Below are positions 12,658 through 25,326 of a stretch of 64,000 nt of DNA, in pieces. The number at the start of each line of letters is the position of its first letter. The first letter of the stretch is position 1. The stretch lies in NCBI RefSeq assembly GCF_036321535.1, contig NC_087436.1, positions 37,078,001-37,142,000 on the forward strand, read 5' to 3'. The notes under the pieces are model-generated. The model did not search any database. It was not told the DNA's origin and saw only the letters and a program-made list of their open reading frames with translations. The stretch comes from Camelus dromedarius (lineage: Eukaryota). Position numbers and translations under genes: made by a program.

Positions 12658-13164
12658 CTCTATCAATATAGTTTTATTAACAGGTTTTCCAAAATGATTT
12701 AGATTTTTATGATAAAAATAATAAAACTAACCCACCCCCAAAATCACTACTTTATTATGTTTTTTAAAAAACATTCTGAAATATAGCAACAAAATATAGT
12801 TGAATGAAGAGTACTGATGTTATTAAATTTGAAAATAATTTCAAATGACTCTCTGGACTTAGTGTGCTCATCTTTGAAAACAATTCAGGGAGCTCTATTT
12901 GTGTCTCCTCACATTGTTGGAATTGATTTTGTGCACTTTGCAGAAAGCACTTTGTTCTAAATTGAAGAATGTAGCTGGGATCAAATGAGATAATGCATGT
13001 AAAACTGCCCTGTTAATTGGTCTAAAGATATGTCATTAGTATCGTTAATGATGATGGTAGCCATGGAACAGCCAAGAACACATTTAGGTAGTGAGCAATT
13101 GGAACCTCACTGGGTGTGGCTGTCGCCCGTGAGATGACTAGACAATGAGGGTCGATATTGTAAA

Positions 13165-13285
13165 AATGCTGCTGCTGAGTCAAAAGCCTGGAGTCAGGCC
13201 CAAGTGTCTTAATTTCTAAACAGCTTCCAGGTGATGCCAACACTGCTGATGCACAAAAAAACACATCAAGCAGCAAGGTCTAAGC
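13165..13285. mobile_element. MER5A-like hAT-Charlie fossil fragment
   Basis: aggcccaagtgtcttaatttctaaacagcttccaggtgatgccaacactgctg resembles the MER5A core. Confidence 0.5.
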
Positions 13286-13560
13286 CTTCATAAAAGTTGT
13301 TGATTAGTGGGGGAAAAGGGAATATTTGGCAGGAGAAAGCCAAGGGGACTATGTTCTCCAGAGTGCGGACCACCTGTAATTCACCATCACAGCAAATTTA
13401 TGAAAACAGTGAGACAGAATCTTATCTTTACATCCTATTTTGCCTTTGTTTTAAATTATAAATGTTTAATTTTCAGTTCAATTGATTTCAAGAAGCATTT
13501 ACTGAGCAACTATTAGGATAGTTGGGCTTATATTACATAATCTTTGTACCTGGCACCTCT

Positions 13561-13562
<2 letters not shown>

Positions 13563-13608
<46 letters not shown>
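13563..13608. repeat. (CA)n microsatellite, ~22 units
   Basis: Directly visible. Confidence 0.97.
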
Positions 13609-13610
<2 letters not shown>

Positions 13611-14789
13611 CTAGGGGCACCTGAATAAATTCAACCAAGTGTGAGGATGGAGGAAGAGGTGGAGGGGTTATAAGAAAATAAGCAGTCTAGGATTCTTTTT
13701 AGGATTTTTTTTAATCACAATCCCCCTAAAATATTTCTGAAAAACTGTACTCCCCTAAAATATTTTAAGTTGACAGCTAAAGTTTTTCATTATAAATTTA
13801 AGTACTAGCAAAGGATGTTGTTTACGGCATGTTGCAAATATCAGTATTTGAAAATAAAGCTATTTATCCCTCTTCAGTGGGAATATAAGCACCACAGTGA
13901 TTTGAACCCATATCATCATCCATTTAAAACAGTAATAGACAAGCTCCTCTCTATAGTTAGAAATTTCACCTTGTTTCTTTTTCTCTTTCAACTTCCATTC
14001 CTAGTCCACCTCTCCTGTAGGTTTTTATTCTAATGTCACAGGCTTTTATGTTGAAAGTCTTTTATCAGCATTCTAGTCGTGTTCTTCACATCAAATATAT
14101 ATCCTATGATCGTGCTGTAAAACAATTTCTTTTGGATTGACTTATCATGGTAAATCCCAGTAATATACCTTTGATTAGAACATCATAAATTATGAATTTT
14201 GATAAACAATTTTATGACCATTAGTAAATACCCCAAACAAAACACAGAGGAGGCATAAGGTGAGGTTTATTGGGAAGTCCTGTATCTAAGAGTCAGCAGA
14301 AGAGCACACAGGAGCCTTCAAGCCCTCTGTCTGCAGTGAGAGGTGTTTAGGGCTGGGACCCCACTTGTACACCTAGGGCATTGAGAGGGGACAGGAAACG
14401 TTTAACTACATAACAACAGAGGCTTCCTAGAGGTGGGATGACTTTCTTAGAAAAGAGAACTGGTTGGCGCTTGGTGAGGCTGATGTCAGCTAGAAGCCTC
14501 ATCACCCTAATTTTGAGCTGGCTCCTTGCTAGGCTGCCTAATAGAGCAGGGAGACAGCCACTGAAGCCTTTCAGCAGACAAAGGGTATGTTTCTTGTTAC
14601 CTGAAAAGTAAAATTTATTGGCAGTGTATCTCTTAATGAGATGGATAAGGGAGGATGTGTTATGGTGCCTTGATAAAAGTTTGGAACTGTTTAAAGGATT
14701 GTTCATTTGGCAAAGTACAGTATTAAGAACAGGTAAGACATATGACTGCCTTGTTAAAATGGGAGGAAACCTGGAAAGGGGAGTATGCA

Positions 14790-15255
14790 GAGACCCTTGA
14801 CATATTGATGTATGAAAGAAGCCAGTCTGAAAAGGCTACGGGCTGTATGATCCCTACTATATGACATTGTGGAAAAGGCAAAACTGGACACTGAAGAGAG
14901 CAGTGGTTGCCAAGGAATGAGGGGAGACAGAGGAATAAACAGGCAGAGTACAGAGGATTTCTAGGGCAGTGAAACTATTCTGTATGACACTATAATGGCA
15001 GATACCTGTCATTATACTTTTGTCAAAATCTATAGAATGTACAACACCAAGAGTGAACTCTAATGTAAACCATGGACTTCAGGAGACAGTGATGTGTCAG
15101 TGCAGATTCATCAGTTGTAACCAAGGCAGCACTCTGGAGGATGCTGACAGCTGTGCCTGTGTAAGGGCAGAGGGTGTATGGAACTGTACTTTCCACTCAG
15201 TTTTGCCATGTATCTAAAACTGCTCTAAAAAATAAAGTCTATTTTTTAAAAAGAG
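14790..15255 (+). mobile_element. Old L1 3'UTR fragment (L1MC/L1MB-like)
   Basis: gaaagaagccagtctgaaaaggctac...gaatgtacaacaccaagagtgaactctaatgtaaac...AATAAA and A-tail; same family as 9680-10170 (-) and 59533-59850. Confidence 0.85.
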
Positions 15256-15749
15256 AGAGGGAGAGAGAGACCCTTGGTGACAGGCATCTTCTTAGGCAAA
15301 AAAAGTACATGGAAGTTGAAGATCTGTACATAACCATGAAACTAATCTTGCTCATGTGCCCTTTAGTAAGTCTTCATGCAGCCTCAGGCGTATCTGAAAC
15401 CTAGTGTGAAGACCTCTGGTCTCAGGTCATGGGAGAGTGACAGAGACAAGTAGCAGGAGAGATGGGTTACTCCTTGAACAAATGGTTTTGGAAAACAGGG
15501 TAGTCATATGGGAAAAATAAGGCTGTTCCCTACCTTACACTTCATCAAAAATTAAATTCTGGATGTATCAAAAATTTACACATAAAAAACTTATTATAAA
15601 TGTAATAGCAGAAACATGATCTGGAGAATGGTAGATGTGATTAGTGAGGTAGGCAATGAATCATTACGTAATGAGTTACATGAAGAGCTGGTTTATGTAA
15701 TCGCAGATCAGCACTGCCCTTGCTGTGTTAATATCCTGACTTGTGAAAT

Positions 15750-15985
15750 AATAATAAACTTTTATTGGGCACTTACCATGTTCTGGGCAGTGTTCTAGGC
15801 TCTTTTTATGTATTAATCCATTCAATCTTCACAACCACCCAATGTTGAGGATATTGTCGTTGCTTCTGTTGTAGAGATAAGGCAGTTACGTCACAGAGTT
15901 GAGGTCACGTGCTGGTTAGGTGGGAAGCTGAGTTATTAATTCAAGCGGCCTGGCTCTAGAACCCACGGTCTTAATCACCGTACTT
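15750..15985 (-). mobile_element. MIR SINE
   Basis: ttattgggcacttaccatgttctgggcagtgttctagg...tcttcacaaccacc...ctggctctagaaccc. Confidence 0.75.
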
Positions 15986-18806
15986 AACTATGAAGTGATG
16001 CTTATTCTATCTACTTTTAAAACATGCTAGATATACAAATTAATAAGTATTAAATTTTGCCAAAGTGGTATCTACAGTGATGAGTTTAAACAATTTGTGC
16101 ATTTACTTTCCTTTAGAAAAGCTTTAGAGAAATACTGTTTTTCATTCAATAGTTCACTTTTTTAAAATCTAGGATTATTTTATCCCTTAATATATTTCAG
16201 TGACTAGAGAGTATAATTTTGACATCTTTGCAAGGCTTATTTCAGTTTAATTTCATGGTATTTAAAAAAAATCACAGTGTGTACACTAGTTTTAGAGGCA
16301 CACTGCCATTATGCATGAATTGTTTTACAAACATGATTATCAATGGTTTGATGGGCAAACAATTGTCCTTTTGATTAATATTCTGCCTGAGTTAAAGTTG
16401 AGAGCAAGTGCTGTCACATTGTTTCCTTGGCAGAGTTAACCTCACTAGAAAAGCGTGAATACCAAATAGCACACCGAATACACTAGCTTTATAATATGTT
16501 GTGAAATGATTATGACAATGTTAAAAAAGATATAAAATAATGGGCTGTCAACTGCTTGATAACAAAAACACTTAATACCCTAGTATTAAATAATTTAAAG
16601 ATGAGATCAACTTTTGTTCAAAATTAGATGAAAAGTAATAAAAGCCTTTTTCTTAGGGTGGTGGGGGTGTCAGAAGCTTTATCTGTACCATGGAGGTTTA
16701 TTCACTCTAATCTGGCAGAGAATAAAAACAACGTGCAGTCGTACTGGCCTGAAGTCTGGTCGGCAGCAGCCCACCTGGGAGGTATTTTTAACACGGTAGT
16801 CTTTCTCTCACAATCTCTCTTATCTGGAAATGATTTGGGCTTGATCAGAGAGGTTGAAGAGTTATGGTAATATTCAGGGGGAATATATCTTCTTGGCAGC
16901 TGACAGGAGAATTCTTTATGTGCAGGATCCATTTTAGTTAAAGGGAATTTGATAAACCTACAGGTAGAAGCTAGCTCAGGCTGGTGCTCAGGTGTCTGAG
17001 CAAAGGAGGGAAAATCATAAATTTATTGGGGAAGAAAGGGTTAAACAGAGTGCAACACCTGAAGTTGCCCAAAAGAGCCAACCAGGGCCTTTGGGAGCAA
17101 CAGCAATGTCCAGTGCATATTTGTTTGCTCTGTGGTCTAAATTCTTCCTTCAGTAAGTGCTCTGTTGTTCAGTCACATTCTGTGGCATGATTTCCTCTTT
17201 TAAAGGAACCCATATTGTACTGAGTCCTACTTCGTGGTTTGCAAATAGTGAAAAAGTGTTTGCGTCTGGGAGCCGCTGGTAAGTAGGTTAAAAACATGGA
17301 AAAACTCTGCTTCATTAAAGTTAAGAGGAAAAATGTCATGGCTTGGAGTAGGGAATGAGCAGCGGTTCACTACACTATTCTGTTCATGTGTCAGAGGTCC
17401 TTCCCGGAGCAAATTGCTTTCCTGAAAGAAGGCGCCCTGGGTTCCAAGCCTACCCCATCATCATGGCAGCTGGGAGTAATTCACCCAGATAATCTCACTC
17501 TTCCACCATCCCTGGTTTTGGCAGTAAAAATGATAAATCATTTGAATTGTGGAACCAGAAGGGACATGAAGATAATTATGTTCAATCTCCTACTTTAGGA
17601 AGCGGAAGAATAGAGCAATTAAACACAAGTCCAATGTTTCAGGGTTATGCTAGTTTGGGATGTTTAGAACCCAAGCCTTTAAAGTTTCCCAATAGTGTTC
17701 TTTCCACAACAACAAAAAAGCTAAAGACATTTGGAGATGGAGGAAGAAAAATCATACTGGCAAGTACAGCTAAGACATCAGCAAAACGATGAAACCGAAC
17801 AATGGCTGTTTTCCTCTTGCAACAGACTTTATTTTCCACCTGATGAAATATACAAAGTAGAAGAAAATATGAAGAATCAAAAAATATGTAGGTAGCAGGT
17901 GCTGAGTTTTGTATAATGAGTTGTGTGTTTGTTGTTTCTTCTTATAGGTGAGAAACAGCTCAACCACCAGCTGGGGTGGGTGGAGGAGCAAAATTCTTGG
18001 TGTGTCTAGTGACAGGCACAGCCCACCAGCTCAGCCATACAGCGCATGAAGAGATCATGATTAGGAAGGGCACACAGGAGAGCCAGGTGTGCAACAGCCG
18101 ACAAGGAAGATGCATTTTCTTCCAATGTCACAAAGCTTCACTTTCATTATCGAGTAATCACTGTAATCGCATCACTTAGTTCATCCAACATTACCCACAA
18201 TGGAGCAAAAGAAACATGATGGTATCAATATCCTAGCTCCCCCAGTTTTACAGACACCCGGAACATTCTCTTTTTACAATGTTTCACAGGTCATAGAAAA
18301 TGATAGGACAATCTCTTTATTGATGAATTTATAATCCAGAACTTTAAAATTTGTTAAATTGATTAATTAATATGGGGGGGAGATAATTAGGCTTATTTAT
18401 TTATTTATATAATTCATAACTTTTGAATTCTTGAAAAGGTGCTTTAAAGGTTGCTATTTCTAGGACGCTGATCATCTTGGTGTTTAGGTGGTTAGATCCA
18501 TTAAGCCAAAAAAGACATATGAGTGAATCAATACACAGAAGCTTTGCCTGTCCCCAGCCAACAGCCTTTAGTCTGAAGTAATGATTTCCATGGGAAGGGT
18601 TAGAAGGTTCGTTGGATTGATTCACCGCTTATGCAAAAATCAAAGGCAGGCTTGGGTGAGCAGTCATTTGTTGGCTGGTGTATGGTGGTGATTACAAAAG
18701 GAATATCCAGGTACATTTCCTAGTGGAGGTGTTAGTCTCTCACCAGGAGTTTCTGTTATAGAATCCAACTAGTATTTATGACAACGGGTCTTCTAATATG
18801 ACATAT

Positions 18807-19382
18807 TGAGGTGGAAAGCCCCATAAAAAAGACCAGCAGGACCCCCAGGCAGGGCCACTACTCTCCTGCCAGCACCATCTGGTTCCCTGGCCCAGAGGCT
18901 CTATCTCACTTTTTGCCTCTGAAATGGCTTACTTCTAGGAAAGTGAAACCTATCCCTAAAAATTCTGTTGGTTCCCTGAACTCACTCCTGATTGGTTATT
19001 TCGTTCACTCCTGATTGGTCCATTTCCCTCACTCCTGATTGGTCCATTTGTAGTATTTCTTTCATTTGCATGGGGCTCACTCCTGATTGGTTATTTCTCT
19101 CCCTCCTGATTGGTCCATTTCTACAAAGCTTGTTCCTAATTAGTTAACTTTGGTTATACCTTATTTGTATATGATGTTGCAAAGTGTAAACTGGCAGCCT
19201 ATAAAAGCCTGTGTAAACCTACAGACGGGGTCCAGAGCTTGGAATGTTGACTTCTCTGGGCCTGCTGGTGTAATAAACCTGAGTTCTTCAACTCTCTGAG
19301 TGCTGCTTGGTCTCTCGCCCGGATCCAGGTTGCTGTCACAACTGAGCTGTAACACCCAGCTGTAACACGTTTTTCTGCAACA
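18807..19382 (+). mobile_element. Solo LTR of a class I (ERV1-like) endogenous retrovirus
   Basis: TG...CA termini, near-match 4-bp TSD (ATAT/GTAT), five CTCCTGATTGGT repeats, TATA-like CTATAAAAG at ~19199 and AATAAA at ~19272. Confidence 0.8.
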
Positions 19383-19639
19383 GTATCACAGAGACAATAA
19401 TACCAAGCCCATACATAGCTCAATGACTGTGGAATTGGCCTCTCTTAATACAGAAAACCTTTTCACATATACTAAATAGTAGTGTGACTTTCTGTAATAA
19501 GACTATTCAAACTTCTCAGGACATATTCTTCAGGAGGGATATGTGATCCCTCCCTGTAACTTATAGCCAAAGTAGATGGTTTTAATGTTCTAGATCATAT
19601 GGTAAAGCTCCTGTTTTACTCAAAGTGAAGGATAGCTCT

Positions 19640-20545
19640 AAGAGTGGTACATACATACAGTGGAATACATATTCGTCAAGGATCTCCAGAGAAGCAGAGC
19701 AAATGGGAGATCTAGTGAGCTAGAGACACAGAAATAGATATGATTTATTATAATGAATTGGCCCACATAATTATGAAAGCCGAGATGCTCCAAGGTCTGC
19801 CATTGGCAAGCTGGAGACCCAGAAGAGCTGATGGTGCAATTCCAGTTTGAAAAACAGTAGCTCAAGAAGCAAGGAGTGCCAGTGTTTCAGTTCAAGTCTG
19901 AAGGCAGTGGTTAAAAACCAAGTACCAACTTGAAGGCAACCAGGTCTCCTACTCATGGGAGGGTCAGCCTTTTTTCAGTCTTTCAGCTGATTGGATAGGT
20001 CCCACCCACACAGGGGAGGGCAACCTGCTTTTCTGTCTACTGATTCAAATGTTAATCCCATCCAGAAACACCCTCACAGAGACACCCAGGATAGTGTTGG
20101 ACCAAATGTCTGGACACCCTGTGGTCTGGTCAAGTTGACACATGAAATTAACCTTTACAAAATGCTGTTCAGCTTTGGGAAGGAAATTCTGACATATGTA
20201 ACAATAGGGATGAGCCTTGTGGACATCATGGTAAGTGAAATAAGCCAGTCATACAAGGACAAACACTGTATGATTCCCCATATATAAGGTACCTAGAGCA
20301 GTCACATTTGTAGAGATTCAAAGTAGAATGGTGGTTTCCAGGGCTGGGTGAGGGGGAAATGGAGAGTTACTTTTTAATGGGTACCGAGTTTTAGTTTTCC
20401 AGGATGACAGAGTTCTGAAGATGGACAGTGGTGATGGCTGCACAACATTATGAATGTATTTAATACCACTAAACTGTATACTTAACTGGTTAAGATGGTA
20501 AATTTTATCTCATGTGTATTTTACCACAATTAAAAATAAAAAGAA
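19640..20545 (+). mobile_element. Old L1 (L1MB-like) 3' end, interrupted by an MLT2 LTR
   Basis: gtggtacatacatacagtggaata [insertion] aaggaaattctgacatatg...gtgaaataagccagtcatacaaggacaaacactgtatgattcc...A-rich end. Confidence 0.75.
19668..20159 (-). mobile_element. MLT2 (ERVL) solo LTR nested in L1
   Basis: tctccagagaagcagagcaaatggg...aattggcccacataattatg...caagttgacacatgaaattaacc match the recalled MLT2B consensus. Confidence 0.75.
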
Positions 20546-22889
20546 GGATTCTGAGAAAGATGATAGATTAGAAAGCACTAGGAATCTTATCTCCCCACCT
20601 AGGCAACAATTTCACTAGCAGAATCTAATAAAATATTATGGAAGTAGGGAGTCTGTTTGAAGGCTTGCGTCTTCCAAGAGAAGTCTTGGATATAAATTAT
20701 GGCAACAGGGATCACGGGCTCTGGGCAGCAGTGATCACAGGCTCTATGTAATTCTATTTGCCCTTTGGCTTTTTCTAGCCCATGTGGCTACAATCTTGTG
20801 ATACTTACCTTCTTTTTCCTCCTACCCATTCAATAACCTTGTAACCAATTCCCAGCATTAAATTTCTGTATTTTAAACACCTATAGTGGTTTTGTTTTCT
20901 CTTTTGGACACTGACTAATAATCTATTTTTTCAATTAGGTTAGGTCAATTTAGATCATATGCCCCCTTCTGCCCCCCCCCCCAAATTAGTCATGTTCCCT
21001 GAATGGCTTTAGACCAATGGGGAGCCACTTCCCCAAAAGAGTTTCCTCTAAGTCACAAGGGATGCACGGGAAAGAGGCAGATACTTGACAAGAGTCAGGA
21101 TTCTATTAATAAGGAAAAAGGAGGGAAGAGGTGCTTGGAGGGCAACCAAAGGTGTCCAGGGTAGCAAGAAACTAAGCAAGAAACTAAGCCAGGATACATG
21201 TCCAAGTCGATAGGACTGGAAACACTAACAGCACTATACAGTACAGTATAGGGTAGAGTGTACCAGACTGGGACCCAAGTCTGTTCATTGCCAGTCTGAA
21301 CTACAGTGTGTGCATGTATATGCCTGGAGAATGACTTGGATCCCCAGATCCAAGAGTGCAGACTCTGGTTGTTGGGTCATTAGAGCTCACAAGCCAGCAT
21401 TTCACTAAGGGAGTATGCGTTACAACAAATTCTACTGTTTTCTAATTCCTCTTTCCCCTGGGGCAGTCCAGTTTTATCTCATGTGTATGTGTGTGTGTAT
21501 CTGCAAACCCACAGCTCTGATCATTATCAGCTCTTATGGAAGCTGGCAGACCTTCCATTAGTGGTGACAGTTTCCTGCTGTCATTATTAAAGTTGTGCTG
21601 AACAAAGGATACGTTGCTCTATATAATCTTCAGACTTTTTATTTTGCTGCATGACATAGAATTGATCAAGTCTAGGGTCAGCCACAGTCACATCAACTTT
21701 CTCCAATGTTCCTGCTAACTTACTGGAAAGAGTCTAAATTAAAGAAAAAATATTTGGCCGTTACCACATCTGTCACTTAATATTTTTCTTTTAAAATATT
21801 GAACAGACTTGGGTATCTTCTGTTGTGTTTTAAGACATTCTAAACTAAGGGTCTAGAGTTGTCATTGTTCTTTTTTCTGTAGAATTGTTCTTAGTGGTGA
21901 ATTCTGGATTTCAAAGGCTACCCACATAGGATGATCTCCTACACACCCCTGAATGAATTTCTTCCTTAGATTTCCCTTCCTCCCTTCTGCCGTTCTTTCC
22001 TTCCTTCCTTCCCTACTTCCAACTCACTGGAATTTCTAAATGTACACATCAGATTTAAGCAGCTTACCACATACATTTTGCTTATTTTCTGAAGGGTATC
22101 TCATGTCGTAAACGTTGCATAATTGCCTAAGTCACTTTTGGGGGATAGATTGGGGAGAGAAATGAGCGTGTGGGAACAAATCCTATTGTTGGAATGCTGC
22201 AATAATTGCTGATTAACTTTAGATGACTCCCTGAGATAAAACAACTCACTTTTATCTCCTAATACAGTGAACATTCTCAGATTTTTCTGTGCTGTTCTTG
22301 AGGGTTGTAGGGGTCATAAAGTGTATAAGTAAGGGGAAATTCCAAGGAAGCCCAATTTGTATCTCCTAGAAATGAATACGGTGCTACCTACCACTTGTAT
22401 ATGGAGCAGGAGCAAGGGAGACAGTTGTGTCAGAGGAAGGTCGATAGTATAGTGGGGATATTTTGGGGTGATTAAGGGTTGCTGGGATCACTGGGACTGA
22501 TTCAGAACCTGACTGGTTAGGAGAGAGCTTCTTAGGGCCTGTAAACTTTAACAGTGTATAAATCTCATTCCCAGCACATGCTTTAAAAGACACCCCATCT
22601 ACACAGAAACTTGTAACCCAATTTTTATGGTCCGCAGTGTCTGGAAAGGTATACAGTTACTTAAGAACCCAGTGTTACTAAGCATGGTTAACAACACATT
22701 TTGAGGCTAGAGCATGGTACAAAATATTTTCTCTATTTCTTTTGGGTTCATTTCAGGCCTAACTGAGTCAGCCTTAGAAAGGTACCTGGCCATCTCTTTT
22801 CCATCCTGCAAGTACCCCCAACAGGTAAGTCCAAGTAAGTTCCATCCTGAGATCCTGACAGTAAATTTTGACAGCCCTTCCTGGGTGTC

Positions 22890-23092
22890 TTTTTTCTCTT
22901 GTTTTGTTTTGTTTCCCTTTCGTTTTTGTTTTTTTGTTTTGTTTTGTTTTGTTTCCTTTTCTTCTTCTTTCTTTATTTTTTAAAATTTTTTTCTTTTTTT
23001 TCTTTTTTAAATGGAGGTACTGGGGATTGAACCCAGGACCTTATGCATGCTAAGCACATGATCTACCACTGAGTTATATCTTCCCCCTCCCC
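22890..23092 (-). mobile_element. Vic-1-like tRNA-derived SINE with long degenerate A-rich tail
   Basis: atggaggtactggggattgaacccaggaccttatgcatgctaagc...taccactgagttata. T-rich tail at 22890-23008 and a possible short TSD ggtgtctt. Confidence 0.85.
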
Positions 23093-24114
23093 GTAGGTGT
23101 CTTAGGTCTTTAGACTCTTTAAAGAGGCACATTTACAAGACAAACACTTCTACTGCTACTATTAATCACTTCTTATAAATACCTTTGATGCTTGTTAGGA
23201 TAAAAGAACCCCTCCCTTTTGGAGGTGAGGGTGTGGAGGAACAAAGCAGGGAAAGGACTGGAGAACCCTATCCTGCTACATACCATAGATATCCACAGAC
23301 CAGGACCTGGAGCAGTGGCTTTGAGACTCGTGAGGACCTCGTGAGGACAGGATTGAGGAGTTGAAAGCCTGCCTATGAGGCTTATTGTGTTAATGAAAGC
23401 ATATGCGGCGTGGGGCCCATTCTGTGGGCAGTGGTATGGCATTGTAGTGACACAGCCTCCCTCCACCTTGGCAATTAGTACACCAGGACCTTCTTTTTAG
23501 ATGCTAGAACCAGCCAAGCTCTTATCTGCAGTGAATATCTTTTCTGCTTCTTAAAATTCTTAGATTTTCTTTCTGGGGGTTTCCATTAATAAGCATATTT
23601 AGGCAGAGAAAACTGTGTTATTTCCATGGAGTTATTTATAATAATATAAACTGAAATTCAGACCATCATATGAAATATATAAATATGACCAGAGGCTAAA
23701 AAGCATTGGGAGCATCTAATAAATGTAACAAGTTATTTTTGTGGCAGCAATATTATTTTAAATACAAATTTTATTGAGACTGAATATGAGGATTTATTAG
23801 TTAATATTTATAAATATGTTTAAGCTGCTCAGAGAAATGGATAATCTAAATAGCTATTCTTGGGAAGGCTGAAATGGGTTTGGGCTTGGTGACACAAAAC
23901 CCTCATTTCTTGGCCTCTTTCCCCAGTATTTTGCAGGCAAACCCTGGCTCATTTGAAGCTTTGACCGTCAAGATTTCAAAGGAAGGAGCTGAGATGTACG
24001 TAAGCAGAAGTGTCACTTAAAATTTGTTTCTTTTACATTTGACACTCGAAAGAAGAAAAAAAAAAAGCCTTTAATTTGACAGTTATGCACAAGAAAAGGG
24101 CACTTTTCCCCCTG

Positions 24115-24250
24115 AAGCAGTGTGCCATGGGTATTGAGAATGCAGGCTCTGGAGCCAAACTCCCTGGGCTCATATTCCAGTTCTGCTGCTTGCTAGCTGT
24201 GTGGCCTTGAGCATGTCACTTAACCTCTCTGTGCTTCAGTGTCCATCCTT
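24115..24250 (+). mobile_element. MIR SINE fragment
   Basis: ggctctggagcc...ctagctgtgtggccttgagcatgtcacttaacctctctgtgcttcag is the MIR core. Confidence 0.8.
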
Positions 24251-24944
24251 TGATGGCTTGGATATCTGGATGGCAATGTGCCAAATGGGATATGCCTTTT
24301 TGACCAAACCTTGTTGATTATGAGCACTTAACATATGCAAAGTGTGTAAGTAATGCTTTCTTTATCAGTCAGTATTCTCATCCGTAAGCAAGTTGCCATT
24401 AAGCACTATACTCCGCTGCAGTAAGGAGATTAACTGGAAAACCAGTGGAAGTTCATAGAATAGAAAAGAGGCAGGAAGGCCAAGTTTAGAAAAAGGGCAA
24501 GAGTCTAGGATGCCATGGGAGCAGGCAGCAAGAGCCACGCCCAGCACTCCCAGGACTGGTCTGGCCTGGAAGCGCCTCTGCACACAGATGCATCTGACTT
24601 CCATTCTCTCCTGTTCCATCCACTTCCATGCTTCAGAGTCCCAGAATCAAGGATATTTGGGTGAGTTTCTGGCATGGCTGTTCCTGCTTTCCTCCTTGCA
24701 TTGTATCAGGAGTGGGTAAAAGACGTATCTGACCCTCTTGGTTTCCATAATGGGAGGTGGCAGTGGAAAGTAGTCACTGGGATCTGTCCTTTTGCCAAGA
24801 TGGCATAAAATGGAGAATTCTACCAGTTGGAATATGTGATGCTTTGAGTGGAGATGTGTGGATTCTGGGAGGTCAAAAAAAAAAAAAATCACAGATCCTG
24901 CTTTACCTGTATGAGACTTCAAAATTTCCTTATTAACTCCATGA

Positions 24945-25326
24945 GCAGTGCTGTGCTCATAACAACTGGCTCTCTGGCCCTGATTTGTGGCATCTGTACA
25001 TTTCCACAGGGCAAATATGTCCACTGTGGCCAATTTCAAGCTACCTACATGACATCTAAGCACAGCAGTAAAATACTGTTAAATAATACTTCAGCTATAC
25101 AGCTACAACATGCAAATAATCTCAAGTGCATAGATAACAGTAAAATGTAGTAAAATAATTAGGAAGCTTGAGTATGAGTTTCGAGTATTTATTACCTTTG
25201 TGGTTAACATAATTTATTTAATTGTAAGTTTATATGATTTAATTTTTAATCATAGCTGAATTTTAGCAAATGGCTTGCAAAATTTTTGAGAAAAAAGTTT
25301 ATGAGCCAGTTCCAGCATACCACTGC
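24945..25326. mobile_element. MER63-like hAT-Blackjack DNA transposon fossil
   Basis: Terminal inverted repeats cagtgctgtgct / agcataccactg, and internal tggccaatttcaagctacc. Confidence 0.65.

Noticed and set aside
14220..14790. Possible LTR (minus-strand AATAAA, purine-rich)
   Set aside because: I could not define TG/CA termini or a TSD.
18984..19115. Regularly spaced 12-16 bp repeats resembling a CRISPR-like array
   Set aside because: Eukaryotic context, spacers short and related to each other, and located in the U3 region of an LTR: these are CCAAT-box repeats.
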